Shown piece after piece: positions 24,331 to 35,497 of a DNA stretch of 47,716 nt. Below the pieces are notes generated by a model. It saw nothing but the letters and a program-made list of their open reading frames with translations, was not told the origin of the DNA and made no database searches. Positions within the stretch are counted from its first letter, which is position 1. Each line of letters begins with the position of its first letter. Made by a program: the position numbers and the translations under genes. Location of the stretch: NCBI RefSeq assembly GCF_001194135.2, contig NC_068993.1:16806541-16854256 (forward strand), written 5' to 3'. Source of the DNA: Octopus bimaculoides (lineage: Eukaryota).

Positions 24331-24952
24331 ACAAAGACTTGTAAAAATTGCTAACAAATAACCCCAAGGTTTCAGAAACCTCGGTTACAGCCTTTACTAT
24401 CTGAAAACACCAATGACTATACAGATACAAAACAGCTGAAGGAGTGAAGCACCAGGCTGTACATTCGCTAGCTGTGAGTTCAAATTCTACTGCAAGCACT
24501 TCATTCTACTTTTGACTCAATCATTTAAATCTACTTTCAGCAGTTCACCTTGTTAGCAGTCTTATACTTTCTGGGAAAGTCATCTGTAATAGATTAGCAA
24601 CCTCCACTATATTCAAATGTGAGATTTAATCTCACATCTGCTCAAATTCTACAGAAATACCAAGTTAAGCATCAGCCCTATTTAATTCCTGTAACTGATG
24701 TAGGAAAAGATAGATCTAATGCTATACTTAACCCAAATTAGTGTGTGAATAAATAAATGTATTTTAAGTACTTTGTGGTATATGTTAATCCTCCTAAAGT
24801 ATCTATGTCTATAATGAAAGGCTCATTATTTGCATCAGTATTCCAATATTATCTTGGTTTGGTTTGGAGGAAGCAGGAGGGGTGGGGGTTGCAAGCTCTT
24901 CAAGGTAATGATAAATGATGGAGGAATCAAATCAATGAGGAAATCTCTATAC

Positions 24953-25230
24953 CAGTGGTTCTTACCCTTGGGGCTCCATACGACCCTTGGGGCTCCATAC
25001 GACCCATGGGGCTCCATAAAGATTTTCTTGTTAAAATTTATGTGCAATGAATTGGTTTTACGTCTACAATACACAAAATATTTCAACAATTTTTTTTAAA
25101 CAATTTCTTAATAATATTTAATTCTAAAAATATAAAAGGATTCTTTGAAACATCAAATGGCTATTAGGGTCCATCTGAATAAAATAAGAATCAAAGGGGT
25201 CCACAGACAAAAAATGGTTGAGAAACACTG
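24953..25230. mobile_element. hAT-like MITE family F, complete
   Basis: TIRs cagtggttctta / tgagaaacactg with perfect 8-bp TSD CTCTATAC (24945-24952, 25231-25238). Internal 19-bp unit acccttggggctccatacg occurs about three times. Confidence 0.92.
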
Positions 25231-25244
25231 CTCTATACAGTTAC

Positions 25245-25465
25245 TTGATCTATTAGAAATAGCAGCCAACTTTCTTTTTAATTATACATTACAAAAAGAA
25301 GTAAGGATTTGTGAGATAATGTAGCTATATCCATAACCTGAGACTGAAAAAAAAAAAAAAAGAAGAAAAAAAGAAAGAAAAGAAAATGGTGGAATGGTCA
25401 TAGCCAAAACACTTTTGATCATAGGTCTGGTCAGTCCGAGCTGACCTTGGACTAAAACAACAACA
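25245..25465 (+). mobile_element. Family D short interspersed element with (CAA)n tail
   Basis: tagaaatagcagccaa...atggtcatagc...ttgatcataggtctg...gctgacc...ctaaaacaacaac. About 20 fragments occur across the window (e.g. 4820-4990, 10800-10980, 20590-20775, 30660-31090, 31570-31920, 41900-42000). Confidence 0.75.
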
Positions 25466-25547
25466 TAATTGGAAGAATATGAGCAGCACATAAGAAGAGC
25501 ATAAACTTCTTGCTTTGAAAATGGTACTGAATATTTCCTTTTAGTTT

Positions 25548-25935
25548 TGGGCTGTATGGTTAAGAGGTTTGCTTCCCAGTCACATGGTTCTGAGTTCAGT
25601 CCCACTGTATTGTACCTTGGGCATGTGTCTTCTGCTATAGCCTCTCAAATCAAACAAAGACTTGTGAGTGCATTGAGTACACGGAACTGGAAGAAACCTG
25701 TAGTGTCTTTGTGTGTCTGTTTGGCTATTCATCTGTTTCTCCTTTTCTTGACATCACATGATAACTGTAAATGAGTGTCACCATCACACAAAGTGGTGGT
25801 CGTTCTTTTCCAATCTTCTGTGGAGATGGAGCACAGTAAGGATTGACAATAAGGGCATTTAACCATAGAAAATCTGCCTCTTTGAATTCCATCTGACCCA
25901 TGCAAGCATGAAAAAGTGAATACTAAAATGATGAT
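25548..25935 (+). mobile_element. Composite SINE: family A head plus an RTE-type (GAT)n-tailed 3' half
   Basis: The A-type head and body run to about 25710, then ttgacatcacatgata...aagggcatttaaccatagaaaatctgcctc...gacccatgcaagcatgaaaaagtg...atgatgatg. A second copy lies at about 46720-47058 (-). Confidence 0.65.
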
Positions 25936-26888
25936 GCTGGTAATGGTGTTGGAGGCAGCGGCAGTGACAGTGGTGGTGATGGTGGTATTGGTGGTGGTGA
26001 TGGTAGTGTTGGAAGAGGTGGAACTGGCGGCAACACCAGACAATGACAACTCAGATGAGCATGATATAAAAAGAAGCAACAAAAGGAAATTCTGCAGACT
26101 TTACTGTCAAAAATATAAAAAAACCAAAAACAATATTTGGTAACACGATTGTGCTAGAATGACTTAACTGAACTATGCTAGTATAGAGAGGAAGAATTCT
26201 TTTTTTTTTTTTTAAATTAATTCAAAGTAAAGTGTTTTAAAACCAACAAAACTTAAAACAGTCTTTAACTTTTCTTTTAATCATTTTTGATGTTTTTCTC
26301 TTTTTCCTTTTTCTTTAACAAACTCATAACTACATTTATTGCTTTTTTAATGTACTCAAGATTTTACTTCGTTATATCTTTTAAACAAACTAAACCCAGA
26401 ATTTAGTAGTATCATGAAAGATTTCCAAAAATGTTTGTAGTCATGCTTCAGAAGTTAATTTCACAATAATAAAATATATGGTTTCTGCATTAGCTGCTTT
26501 GGAGCCATGCAAATAGATTGATAAAGTTCTATTAAAATTCATGGTTTCTTAACTAAGACCAACTGTAGAGTTGCTTGCAACCAGTACTAAACGGACTGAT
26601 GCCTTGCTAATATATCTCTCTGCAAGGTTCATTCAAGGATCATATTTAATTCATTAATCAATTGTAAACCAATACTAATGTAATTAAGAATTTTTATTCC
26701 ATTTATTCATTTATTCATTTTAGCATTTTATCTACTTTTTTTTTTCAAAAATTGTTTGTTTTCCGTTATCTTTTCGTTATCTTATTTATTTAGGATAAAC
26801 CAATCATCTCTGTGAGATGGACAATGCCAGAAATGGAGAAGATATCGCTAGCGATACAATTGCACATTTCATTGGATATATAAATGAG

Positions 26889-26941
<53 letters not shown>

Positions 26942-27116
26942 AGGCATGTGTATGTGTGTTTGTGTATGTGTGTGTGTGTGTGTGTGTGCGTATCTATATA
27001 CTGCATGCATATGCTTATAAACACAAATGAGAAAAGAAGTAAGCTTTCACTTACACAACACATGCATTCACTCACATACCAACATACATGTTCACTCACA
27101 CGCCAACACACACACA

Positions 27117-27228
27117 TTCAATCACACACCAACGCACACTTTCACTCACACACCGACACACACTTTCACTCACACACCGACACACACTTTCACTCACACA
27201 CCAACACACACTTTCACTCACACACCAC
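27117..27228. repeat. 24-bp tandem repeat (ttcactcacacaccracacacact)
   Basis: Unit starts at 27141, 27165, 27189 and 27213. Confidence 0.9.
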
Positions 27229-27399
27229 CATACGTGTAAACTCACACATTCACTCATACACAGATCTGCCAAACGTTACTTAAAATTTTCTTCGATTGCA
27301 ATCATTACAACTAACATCACTGCTGTTAGTACCACAACCACCACTTCTGTAATCTTACAATTGCAATTATTGTTATTAGTACCCCCCCCCCCACTATCA

Positions 27400-28235
27400 C
27401 CACCACTGCCACCTCTATAATCCCACATCTATTATCACTACTATAAGTTCCAATGCCACCACCACCATCTCTATAATTCGGCAACTGTCATCATTACTAT
27501 TAGTACCACCACTATCTCTATAATCCTACAACTCTCATCATTGTTACTAGTACCTCTGCCAACTCTATAATCCCACAGCTATAAGTATAATTATCAATAG
27601 TATCACTATCAGTACCAGCACCAGCACCATCACCACCACCACCTCTATAATTCTGTGACTATCATCACTTCTGTTAGTACCACCACAATCACCACCAACA
27701 CCACACCCCCACTTCTCTCATTCTACAATTATCATAAATTATTAGTACCCCTGCCAACTCTTTAATCCCACAACTATCAGCACTACTATCAGTACCACCA
27801 CCACCACCACCACCACCACCACCACCACCACTGCCACTACCCCTATAATCCTACGACTATCATCATTACTATTAGTACCACCACAATCACCACCAGCACC
27901 ACACCCCCACCTCTCTCATTCTACAATTATCATAAATTATTAGTACCCCTGCCAACTCTAAAATCCCACAACTATCAGCACTACCACCACCACCGCCACT
28001 ATCTCTATAATCCTACGACTATCATCATTACTATTAGTACCACCACTATCACCACTTCCACTTCTATAATCCTACAACTCTTATCACTGTTATAAATCCT
28101 CTGCCAACTCTATAAGCCTATGATTATCAGCACTGCTATCAGTAGTACCATCACCACCATCACTATAATCACACCACTATCAAAATTGCCATTAGTGTCT
28201 CTACCACTTCTATAATCCTACAATAATTATCATCA
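27400..28235. repeat. Degenerate minisatellite (ctctataatccYacaactatcatca...tagtaccaccacc), roughly 45-60 bp units
   Basis: Repeated ctctataatcc / actatcatca / ttagtacc motifs with variable (CAC)n tracts. A 197-bp block duplication is visible (27658 vs 27855). Confidence 0.85.
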
Positions 28236-28419
28236 CAAAGAGCAGATTATCAGCTGCACCAAGCGAGTTTACAGCTACACCACAGAGTCAATGAGTGAGC
28301 CTGAATGTAATAGCTCTACATGCTAGAAATAGCAGCCAAATTCTTCACATACAACATCCTACCATCTTCAAAATGGACAGACACATTTGATAAGGTAGTC
28401 CTGAGCACCGTTCTGAATT

Positions 28420-28612
28420 CTGTATGTCAAACATTCGTGGACATGGTTACGAAATCAAAAAACAACACAGCACCCTTTACTTTCGCAAGCATTTTTTCAT
28501 GCTCAGAATCGCTGAAGCATGGAATAAACTATCTGCATCAGTTGTTAGCCGTTGAGACACTATATCCTTAGAAACTTCCATACTTCCTAAAATTCGCCAA
28601 CAGTACACCTGA
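28420..28612 (+). mobile_element. CR1-like LINE extreme 3' fragment
   Basis: NIRGHGYEIKKQHSTLYFRKHFFMLRIAEAWNKLSASVVS matches the CR1 terminal RGH...R..FF..R....WN.LP..VV motif. Confidence 0.8.
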
Positions 28613-28774
28613 TGCTCCCCACCCCCAGTTTTTGGGGTTTTTTGTGGACTTAGTCACTGTTCATTTCCTGTGCATATTCTATGTATTGTTGATGCAGTTT
28701 TTTGTTACTCTTTCTGATGAGTTGCACTGCATCTGAACACTGTATATTATAGGTTCATTATTATTATTATTATT

Positions 28775-29313
28775 GAGTGAGAGAGCAACACATGCCAGCA
28801 AAGTGACATTGGGGTACAAATATATGAAGCCCAATATACCCATCATGACAACCCATCTGATAAAGATACACCAGGCACATGCATCACAACCATATGTACA
28901 CGACATGGTGACTTCATATCAAGATAAACAGCACATGACCTTGCAAGGGGAGCCCAGTTAGAATTTTCTTCAGGTTGAGTAGCCCATCCAGCTCAAAAGG
29001 TCCCTGAATAAGGGTTGTTTAAGGATGTTGAACGAAACAGTCATGTTTCCAGAGGTGAATTATTCAAACCCTCAAGAATTCCTATATGATGCTTCCCCAC
29101 TTCTACTCATGATCAGAGATGTGCATATTGTCAGCCACCAAAGGACATGCTCAACTGGTTAAGGTCAAGCAACTGACAAGCAAATCTGTGGTACTGAGCA
29201 GAATATTTGCTGTAGCCCATCTTTTACACCATGACAAAACGAAAACATGATAACACTTTTATTTAGTTAAGATCAAAAGCCATGGGAGCCAGTGCCTGGT
29301 ATTGCATCAGGGC

Positions 29314-29315
<2 letters not shown>
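28775..29315 (-). mobile_element. Family H: about 540-bp non-coding interspersed element embedded in (ATT)n
   Basis: (ATT)6 at 28757-28774 and a long (ATT)n at 29318-29371 flank a complex, higher-GC sequence. On the minus strand it ends in ctctctcactc(aat)n. No ORF and no tRNA head are seen. Confidence 0.6.
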
Positions 29316-29364
<49 letters not shown>

Positions 29365-29740
29365 CATTATTTTTATTTTATAGTCAAGGCTGGAATTCTT
29401 TAATCATAGGTCAGTTTGATCAGAACTGACCCAGGGTTAAACAACAACAGCAACTTCACTCGTGACATGCAGCACAACACTTGCCACTCTTAATAACGCA
29501 GTACTGTGGACATTCAAAAGAATATTTACACAATACAAGATGAATTGGAAATTAAGCCAAAAAGAAGGAAAACATGGTTTTAGCTGTAGACACAAGAGTA
29601 AGGTACTGTTTCTATTGTAGCTATTTAGTTGCAGGTTCAATCTCACTGTACAGTATCTTGGCCAAGAGTTTTCTACATTAGCTTCAGATTGATCATTGGC
29701 TTGTGAGCGAAATTTGGTAAAAATTGTGCAGAAGCCCATT

Positions 29741-29777
<37 letters not shown>

Positions 29778-31152
29778 ATACTGAGATGTCAGGAAAAAGG
29801 ATTAAATAGATATCCATAAAGGGTCAGTATGTTCAGTTATCCCCGAACTCCCCAAGAAAGTGTTCCAACATGGCCACACTACAATGGGAAGATAAGTAGA
29901 TAAGGAATAAAGAGTTATATAGAATATATATCTGTCCTAGACTAGACTAGTTCTGCCTTGAAGAAACCATTCTTTCTACAAGGAACCATTGAATACCTCA
30001 ACTCCATGAGAGGATGTATTCTGAAATTACTATGAACTAGAATTGAAGTTGAACACAATTGCTATGCAGGCACTCACTTTGCTAAAAATAACAGTCATAT
30101 CTCCTTTAAATTTCACCTTACCATCATGTAAAATGAAGGGACATAGATAACGTAGTCCTATTTACTTCTAAACTGGTTTTAATTATAGGTTTGCTCAACT
30201 GTGCGTGATCTGAGATTAAATAAATACCAACAAGAAAGTATGGGCATAACCTCAGCTTATGTTAAACTGGTTCAAAGATGTGTCACTCAGAAAATTATTT
30301 AACATGAAAAAATATTTTAAAAACTTTATAAGCTTATATCTGTTTTAATAAATGGTTTGTATATATTTACACGTGTATTACACATGTATTTGATATTCCT
30401 CCTCAGTATTGGTTTTTAGATACTTTTTTTTATATATTCTTATGCTTTTTAATATGTTTGCTGAGAGCAATATAAAGTTGGATTATTCAGCTGAAGTTGA
30501 GGTTTATTTTTGCGGTTAATTTCTTAGGAAAAATTAACATAAATTCGAAAAAGACATAAGCTGGGGCATGTCTGTTTTTCTTTAACATAGTCTGTTCCAA
30601 ACACCTGATATCTATTTTCAATAACAAGATATCTTCTAATAAGATATCAACCAGCAAGGGAACCTCTACATGGTTACTTAGTCTGCTGAAAATACCTGCC
30701 AAATGTCTCTCAAATCACACCCTACCATTTTAATGAATTATTGTATAGCTCTTCACCAAGCAGCCTTATGATCAAAAGCTTCCAGCTGGTCTCTGTAAGG
30801 ATGTCTTGGACCATTTTAATGTGATGTTCTTTTCTTCAAAATTGTAGAGTGTGATTTGAGGTGTAATTTAGCTGTTGTTTCTAGCATGACAAATGATCAA
30901 ATAGTGGCTTCAAAAGATGTTATTAGTCACAAGCTGTGGACAATGCTAGCCAATAAGTGCTTTATATTTTTAAGACAGTAGAGTATGGATTGATGGCGAT
31001 GTGGCTGCTATTTCTAGCAAATTGAGTTGTCACATAGTGGAGAGTAAAAGGCAACCAAGGCTCATAGCTTGTTGTTAGCTGCTGCCCTTATCTCACAATC
31101 CAGGTGGAATTTATTGACCACAAGTAATGGACAATGCTAACCAATGTGTGCT

Positions 31153-31563
31153 ATCATCATCATCATCATCATTTAATGTCCGCTTTCCATGCTAGCATGG
31201 GTTGGATGATTTGACTGAGGACTGGTGAACCAGATGGCTACACCAGGCTCCAATCTGATTTGGCAGATTTTCTATAGCTGGATGCCCTTCCTAACGCCAA
31301 CCACTCCGAGAATGTAGTGGATGCTTTTATGTGCCACCGGCATGAAGGTCAGTCAGGCGGTACTGGCAACGGCCATGCTCAAAATGGTGTATTTTACGTG
31401 CCACCTGCACAGGAGCCAGTCCAGTGGCACTGGCAACGATCTCGCTCGAATGACTTTTCGAGTGCCACTGGCACAAGTGCCAGGAACGCGAAGCTGTGGC
31501 ACAAGTGCCAGGAAGGCGACACTGGTAACGATCACACTAGAACGGTGGTGCCATCACGATTTC
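31153..31563 (-). mobile_element. Family C element with three degenerate ~60-bp 5' units
   Basis: Boundaries are defined by the empty-site copy gtgctttatatttttaagacagta at 30957-30980, and there is a short gct duplication. Confidence 0.88.
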
Positions 31564-32444
31564 GCTTTATATTTTTAAGACAGTAGGGTGGATTAATGGA
31601 GATTTAGCTTTTATTTCTAGTAAGTTAAGTTGGTACAAGTGGATCTCTCATCATAGACTTGAGTGATGGAGTGTTGTTGTTGTTGTTGTTGTTTTGCTCC
31701 ATTTCAGCCTCAGTCAGGCAGATCTGTGATCAAAGGTATCCTGGCTGTAATTGTCTTGTATTTTTCATTTTTTTTTTCTTCTTATAGTGAACTACATTAT
31801 ACATGGTATCCATAATTTTTTTTTAAGGTGTTAAAGAATGAAATTGACAGAGATTTGGTTGTGATTTTTAGCAGTTCAAGTGACCATGTTGACTCAGCAT
31901 AAGTTATAGCAGTGACATGTAGAAGAACAAAACTCCTGTTTGGGAATAAGATCAAAAGTATATTATTGAGTTCTGATGACATTTCGTTATTAATCAGTTT
32001 GTGGAGAGAAGTAATGGTTGTTCTAGAAATGTCTGAGACATCAATCTGGGAATTGTCAAGAACAAAGCATTTGTTTTGAAATTACCTTCTCTATTTTTCT
32101 ATTTTATCTTTGACGAGATGTCATTACTTCTTTCTTTGACCATTCTTTACTTCTCTCATTGGCGTATTCATTTATTTATTCTCTTTTCTTTCGTCTTTCA
32201 CTTTTCTCTTTTTCTTTTGCACAGTCTCCTTCTCTTGCTTCTGTTCCTATCATTTTCCAAGCTCTCTTTCTCATACACTCTCCCTCTTACACACTCACTC
32301 ACTCACTCACTCTCTCTGATTTTCCTTTTTAAGCTAATATCCTTCCTCCTCCTCTCAATATCTATTGCCTTACGGAAAGACATTTAACTCTACTTTGGAA
32401 ATAATCATTTCTAATAAAATGGTATTCATTATTAATGTTGCTAA

Positions 32445-33285
32445 GGCAGTGAGCTGGCTGAATCAGTAGCATTCATGGGCAAAATCCTTAGTGGTATTTC
32501 TTCTGACTCTTTATGTTCTGAGTTCAAATTCTGCCATGATCGACTTTGCCTTTCATTTTTTCAGTGTTGATAAAATAAGTACCAGCTGAACACTGGGGTT
32601 GATATAATCAGCTTCCCCACCCATCAAAATTGCTAACCTTGAGCCAAATTAAGAAATGATTATTTATTTTTTTTCTTTGCTGCTGTTATGGTATAAAGCA
32701 GCGAGTCGATAGAATTGTTAGAACATCAGACAAAGTGTGTAGCAACATTTCTTCTGGCTCATTACATCTGAGTTCAGATTCCACCGAGGTCAACTTTGCC
32801 TTTCACCCTTTCACGGTTGGTAAAATAAAGACCAGTCAAGTACTAGGGTTGATGTAATTAACCTTCCCCTCCCCTCAAAATTGCTGGCCTTGTGCCAAAA
32901 TTAGACAGAATTATTATTATGGTAGCAAATTGATAGAATCATTATTGTGTCAGACAAACAGCTACATGGCATTTCTTCAAGCTCTTTACATTCTGAGTTC
33001 AGACTCTACCGAGGTCAACTTTGCCATTCTTCCAGAATCAGTAAAAAAGTTCCAGTTGAACACTAGGCTCGATGTAATCAACTTACTCCTCTTAAATTGC
33101 TGGCCTTGTGCCAAAGTTTGAAATGATTAAAAATGGGCATCAAGCTGGCTGAGTCTTTGGGACATCAGAATAAAAACTTTGCAATATTTTTTTTGACTTT
33201 ACTTTCTGAGTTCAAATGTTACCATGGTTGACTTCATCTTTCACCCTTTCAGGGATGATAAACTAACTACCAACTGAGCACTGAG
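32445..33285 (+). repeat. Four head-to-tail copies of SINE family B
   Basis: Copies start at about 32445, 32697, 32920 and 33140. Each contains tctgagttca...gacttt/aacttt-gcc...cag...cact-ggg. A further relic lies at about 33840-34000. Confidence 0.85.
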
Positions 33286-33440
33286 TATACTAGAAGCATT
33301 CTATCATGGCCCCAACATTAGTGATGTTGCTTTGTATCCTGCAAGACAAAAGAAGTATTCACTGATTTGCATTGTCTCTGTCTGCTCAAGGCAACATGAA
33401 CAATAGAACGAATGGGCAGAAACTAGGGGCACTTGCTTAA

Positions 33441-33660
33441 CCCTTTAACATTCAGATTACTCTGTCAAATGTAATGCTTATTTATTCACATTGTTTGGAA
33501 TTAATCTTGCATTATCTTGTAGCTTTGAGATTTTAATGCTGTGATTGTATATTTTTTGAATGACATTGTAGGTGAAGTGTGAGAGATCAGATCTGATCAG
33601 TTTGGACATAGAACAGGTAGAATATTTAGGCTGGATATGGCCAGTACAAATGCTAATGGG
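33441..33660. mobile_element. piggyBac-like MITE family G
   Basis: ttaa|ccctttaacattcag...tgctaatggg|ttaa; homologous to 13474-13693. Confidence 0.85.
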
Positions 33661-34055
33661 TTAAGATGAATTTAGATGACAAGTCATAATTTCTAAATTT
33701 GACAAATAGATAATATCATTTTGATTATTAAAATTGAAACCATTTCATTTCATTTATTTCATTATAAAATTCTTTACATTGACATAAATGTCACGACTTT
33801 ACTGCCTCTCTATTAAAAATTCAGAAATTGTGTATGAAAATTCTGTTCTGACTCTTTAACACTCCGATTTCAAATCCTGCTAAGTCCAACTTCGCTTTCA
33901 TCTTTTTGAGGTCAATAAAATAAAGTATCTATCAAGGATGGATTGACAGCATCAGCTAAGCTCCATTTCCCACCCCACCCCACCAATTTTCAGGTCTTTT
34001 GTTTCTACTAAAAACAATTATTGTTTATTTATTTCTTTATTTATCTTCATTTCAG

Positions 34056-34089
34056 ATGTTTTTTGAGTAAATTAACAGTCTGCTGATTG
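34056..34089 (+). other. Candidate 34-nt non-coding microexon
   Basis: Acceptor ttatttatttctttatttatcttcatttcag and donor TG|GTATGT. All three frames contain stops, so it would be UTR or non-coding if real. Confidence 0.3.
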
Positions 34090-35497
34090 GTATGTACAAG
34101 TATATATAGATTGTTTTTTGTTTTTTATATTATACATCTACTCTTCTCTCTCTTTCTATCCCTCCTTCTCTCTCTCTCTCTGCACTATTTTTTCTTTCAG
34201 CTTCTTTTGTAATTTTTTTGACTTAAAATAAAAATTATAAAATTAAAACAAAAAAAAAGAAACAGGTTCTGTCTTCAAATGATTAATACAGCCTGTTAGT
34301 GAACTAATTAAATATTTCCTCTTACATAAGTTTTTTTTTTCCTTCTTTAACACAACAAATAATTCTTTTGGAGAAAAAAATGTCATATCAATCATATTAC
34401 CTCCCTACTCACACACACATGCACACATACACGCAATGGTTATTTTGAATTTTGTATTCTTACTTCATGATCAGCTAGTACTTGCTTATATACTTACTGA
34501 GACTGTATTATTAATAATAGTACTGAGGCAGATTTCAGAGATAAAAGGTAGGCCTTATATAAGTATAGTTATTTATTTATTTATTTAACCCTTTTAAGTT
34601 CATATCCTATATTGCTGGCAGCACACACACACATTCTCACACATGCACGCACACATATATATGCATATATGATGTCAGCCACTGTCTTGCAAGTTATTTT
34701 CTATAAATCATATCTTCAGTAGAAAAAAAAAAGTATTTTCTGTTGGTGTTGTTGCTGTGTTAAGTTGGTTAGACAGACTATGTTTTGTGGGGGAGGGGCG
34801 TATTTTTATTATCTTTTTTATTTTATTAATTTTTTTTTTACTCCCATATAACTGAACTATACAAACTTTAATAACTGTTCTAGCATTTTCTTTCATATGG
34901 TAACACTTTGTTGTATATCGACTAGCAAACAAAATAGAGAAAATATCCAGAAATATAGGTGCATATCGAATTTTTCAAATGTTGAATAATTCAAAGATGC
35001 CATCGATCTGCATGGGAAAACGATAGGTAAGTTAGTGGTGGCATATTTTAATGCATAAAATATTAAAAACCTCATGTGAAATGAATATAGAAAGAATAAA
35101 ACATAAACAAAGTATGATTAAATATTATTTTGATTTTTCCCACAAGTCAACTATTGGAGGAAACTCAGATTATGTTTTAGTATTATTCTGATCTCATCAG
35201 TGAAGCAGTTTTCACCTTGATGAGGTTGGAGTAAATATAGCCATTAAACATTATACTGTACAAGGTTTTCTTTTCCTAGAAATGCTGTATCATTTAGAAA
35301 TCAAATAATTAATGGTTAAGAAATTCAGTTGGCAATCGCGTGGTTTCAGTTTCGGTCTTACTGCAACTTAGTACTTCTCCTAAAGCTTTGGACTGACCAA
35401 TGTCTTTTGGATGAAATTAGAGGGCTGTACAAAAATAGAAACTGCAGTAATTCATTGTATGTATATGTGAGTGCTCCTCTGTGTGTGTGTGTGTGTG

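Noticed and set aside
26794-26883. Plus-strand exon after a strong acceptor (DKPIISVRWTMPEMEKISLAIQLHISLDI*)
   Set aside because: There is no convincing donor or polyadenylation signal, no recognisable protein, and it runs into a microsatellite. The acceptor-like site at 12545 has the same problem.
26804-27420. Overlapping ORFs rich in HT/VC/THT repeats (also 9177-9488, 18881-19390, 43601-43801)
   Set aside because: These are translations of CA/GT/AT/AG microsatellites and a 24-bp tandem repeat.
29100-29215. HDV-like ribozyme in family H
   Set aside because: A P1/P3-like arrangement is possible, but no downstream P2 partner or properly placed catalytic C was found. It is retained only as a structured-RNA candidate.
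34997-35026. DAIDLHGKTI as an Smr-domain (DLHG) exon
   Set aside because: A four-residue resemblance in a 10-codon frame with a weak acceptor is not enough for any gene call.
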